From NCBI GenBank assembly GCA_047967505.1, contig CM106538.1: a DNA stretch of 64,000 nucleotides; one strand, given 5' to 3'. Both the position numbers and the translations under genes were made by a program. The notes beneath the pieces are model-generated. The model was not told the origin of the DNA, searched no databases, and saw nothing but the letters and a program-made list of their open reading frames with translations. Shown here piece after piece: positions 61,231 to 64,000 of the stretch (position 1 is the stretch's first letter; every line of letters begins with the position of its first letter). Origin of the DNA: Dipteris shenzhenensis. Lineage: Eukaryota.

Positions 61231-64000
61231 ATTGTAATGTATTGTACAGTGGAGAGATGGAGCAACTATTATGCTTCCTTGAAACAACCAAGGGGAAGGC
61301 ATTGAGCTATAATTTAGAAGCAAATGCTCTTGTTATATCTAGAAATGATGCAAGCATGAGTCGAAGAGATGCTTGGGAATGGATCCTGTGGATTCACTTA
61401 AATTCATGGGGAATGTGAGATGAGATCGAGCAATTGTGACTTGTCCATCTCTCTTAATGTGTACCTTACTTGTCCATCTGTCTTTGAGTGCCTCTATGCT
61501 CTATGTGTGAATCTCCTTTCCTTTGACTTCCGTTGCCTATAATTTACTTTATTGTCTCTTCACACAACTCGAGTAGGTACATCCTCATCGTGATCACCTC
61601 CCAAGTCCACCATCTTTGTCTCCCATTCACACTCCCCTGACCCCCTTTCCCACCCTCTTCACACCCCTTCATCCTTACTACCACCTAGTTTCGAGTATTA
61701 CCTGTGTGTGAGTGAGAAAGAGAGAGGACAATGAAAAAATGAAAGACTTCTTCCGAACCAACCTATTATATTATTATTATTATATATTAAGAGAATAATG
61801 TGTGGACATGTGGCTATACTAACACATGTCATGCAAGCATATGGCAAGGAAGATACTTATGTAGTAGCCCTTCACAAGACAGATGTATTTGTAGTAGCCA
61901 TTTGCAACGAGTATCCATGAAGGATAGAAAAGGTAGAAGTAGATGATCCATCACTGATCATTCATGGGTCACCATGTGCTGACTGCGTAAAGCAACTTAA
62001 AACGAAATTCTTCGTTTTTCCCTATGAACAAAAATCAACTTTTGCAAGTCACATACGTGCGTCGCTTAGTGTAGCCTAGCACTGGTACCTGCAATTTGAT
62101 CTGGAGAATCGTCGCTTGTAAGGATGGCAATAGGCATGTGGTACGAATGCTTCCGTGTAATCCAAAATGATTGAAGTGGCTGGGAGAAGTAGAACATGGG
62201 AAAGCACGCGGTTGTCCACTAGGTCCGATGCTAGTGCAGCGCAGTAGGTGTTGCATCACTGTGCCTTCCAACACTTCATTTCAACATGCCAAATCAGATC
62301 ACCCGGCCATTAAAGCATCACGAGGAGGGTAAGCAAGCCTTCCTCTTCTTGTTGACTAAAAGGTGTGCAATAGTTATCCCAGGCATTGATAATAATTATC
62401 TTCCACTTGTGGTCGAGTGTCCACAACCATAAGCTGTTGCTGCATCTCTCCAAGATGGTTTGGCACAAGTTAGCAAATCGGCTATCACTGAAAGCGTTGA
62501 GGAATGGGCTATTTTGTTGGTAGGAGTCCTCGAGGTCCGATCAGGCGAAGGGACACAAGGGAAGCTAGCTGCTGATTCATGGATGGTACCAAAGCTCGCT
62601 TCTTTCTTTCTTTCGGCCAGAAGAAATCGTCTACGGAGCTATCAATGTGCTTTCATAATAGAAACGGACACCGGTGGGCAAGCAACCTCAACAACCCTGC
62701 GAAGCCGATTTTGCTGTAATAAGTAGTCTACGTAGAACCCGAGGTGATCAAGATAAGCCCGAACAAGATAATGTAGGAAGCTTGACAATGTGAACTGGAA
62801 TGTCTTTGTAGTTTTCACGTCGAGTTTGCTGTAATAACTGCAATTGGCTTTCTGCTTTTGCGGTTTTCATTTGTGCTTTTGTGCTTCCATTAATTTGTGT
62901 GCGCACTTTCGTGCTTTCATTTTGTGTGTGCTTTTGTGCTTTTTAGCCCCTTATCTTATGGAAGGGAAAAAGGGAGGCTATTTTAGATGTTTTTCCCTAA
63001 AAAGAGCTGCATATTTTGGACGCCTTTCCCACGGTGCATGTATAACAATCCCGACTAAAAATGAGAGAGGGCTATAAAGAAATATCACATCAACCATATC
63101 TAGAAGTGTCACATTCTAAATTTATCATCTTTAGCCAAGCATGGGCATAGTGCATGCCATCACAAAGAATCTCGGCGTGAACATTTGTTAGAGAAACTAG
63201 AATGCTTGGCTAGCTCCTAAGTATATGGTCCATCTGCTAACTATATGGGCTATTGTAAGTAGCTAATAATAGGTCAGTTGATTTAACAGCTTCGAATGTG
63301 CCACATGGCTTCGTAGGATTTTAACTTTCATAAAATGCTCTAGTGCTAGCCAAGTAAAGATGAAGTGACATTAGAGACTTGTGGGAGATAATTCTAGTTC
63401 CTTAGGTTTCCTAGTCTTAGCTTTGAACCTGAGAATTATCAATTTGTCTTTCAAGTTTCTTGTAAATACCTACCCACTGACATTGCCTATATAATAGCAT
63501 GATGAATCTAATCTATGAATAGGACTGCACAACATTGTAAAAAATAGGATTAGTGAACACTTAGGGGAGGGGATGGGTAGTGGGGAGGTTTAATTAGATT
63601 AATTCGGTGTGTTAGGGACACGTGTCCCCCTCATGCAAGATAATTAACACATAGGTTATAGGAGCTTTAGATGTTGTGAATCATTAGTTGAACCCCCCAC
63701 ATCGTAGCAGAGTGGGATAGTGAGGGAGAAGCACATACATGCTATTGGTGTGGGATGGCGAGGGAGAAGCGGCGGCTCCATGAAGCTCAAGTGACTATAG
63801 CACGTGCTTTGCGATGGTAGAGATGAAGGCAAATGTAGGAAGTAGACTTATGGTTCAATGGACACATTGCAGGAAGTTTCGTGCATGGTTGCAGAGGAGG
63901 GAAAGGGGTAAGAAGTGGTTCCATGCACACTGTTTTAGATGTGCATGAGTGTTTGTGATGATGCGTGTGCGTTGTTGTAGCTTGCAAGTGGTGGGAGAGG

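Noticed and set aside
62035-62820. Coding-like minus-strand stretch
   Set aside because: Broken in all frames and I recognise no protein family; it needs a tBLASTx or HMM search.

Overview
This is transposon-rich plant nuclear DNA. A seed-free plant such as a fern is my low-confidence guess. Most of the window is a large direct duplication: copy A (1 to ~24,260) and copy B (~33,675 to 52,950), roughly 97-98% identical by eye. One host gene looks intact: a 5-exon, 336-aa MDR-family enoyl-thioester-reductase-like oxidoreductase at 47,726-49,467 (+). Its twin in copy A is disrupted by a 2.8-kb segment that lies downstream of the gene in copy B, joined through microhomologies. The segment order in A is therefore circularly permuted. 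A multi-exon S1/P1 nuclease (ENDO/BFN1 family) pseudogene lies at 59,673-61,230 (-). Mobile DNA includes: (1) a very young gag-only LTR element with a 5-bp TSD, inserted in reverse into the LTR of its own gag-deleted relative; (2) two decayed Ty1/Copia families; (3) a decayed Helentron/Helitron2-like Rep-PIF1 element; (4) a CACTA 3' end; (5) long CT-rich composite repeats; (6) a spacerless palindrome. The most unusual object is a minus-strand Athila/Tat-like Ty3/Gypsy element (24,257 to ~30,032). It has a tRNA-His primer-binding site and an archaeal-type RNase H ORF plus an unknown ORF placed upstream of gag. All family assignments come from motifs recognised by eye; no database searches were run.
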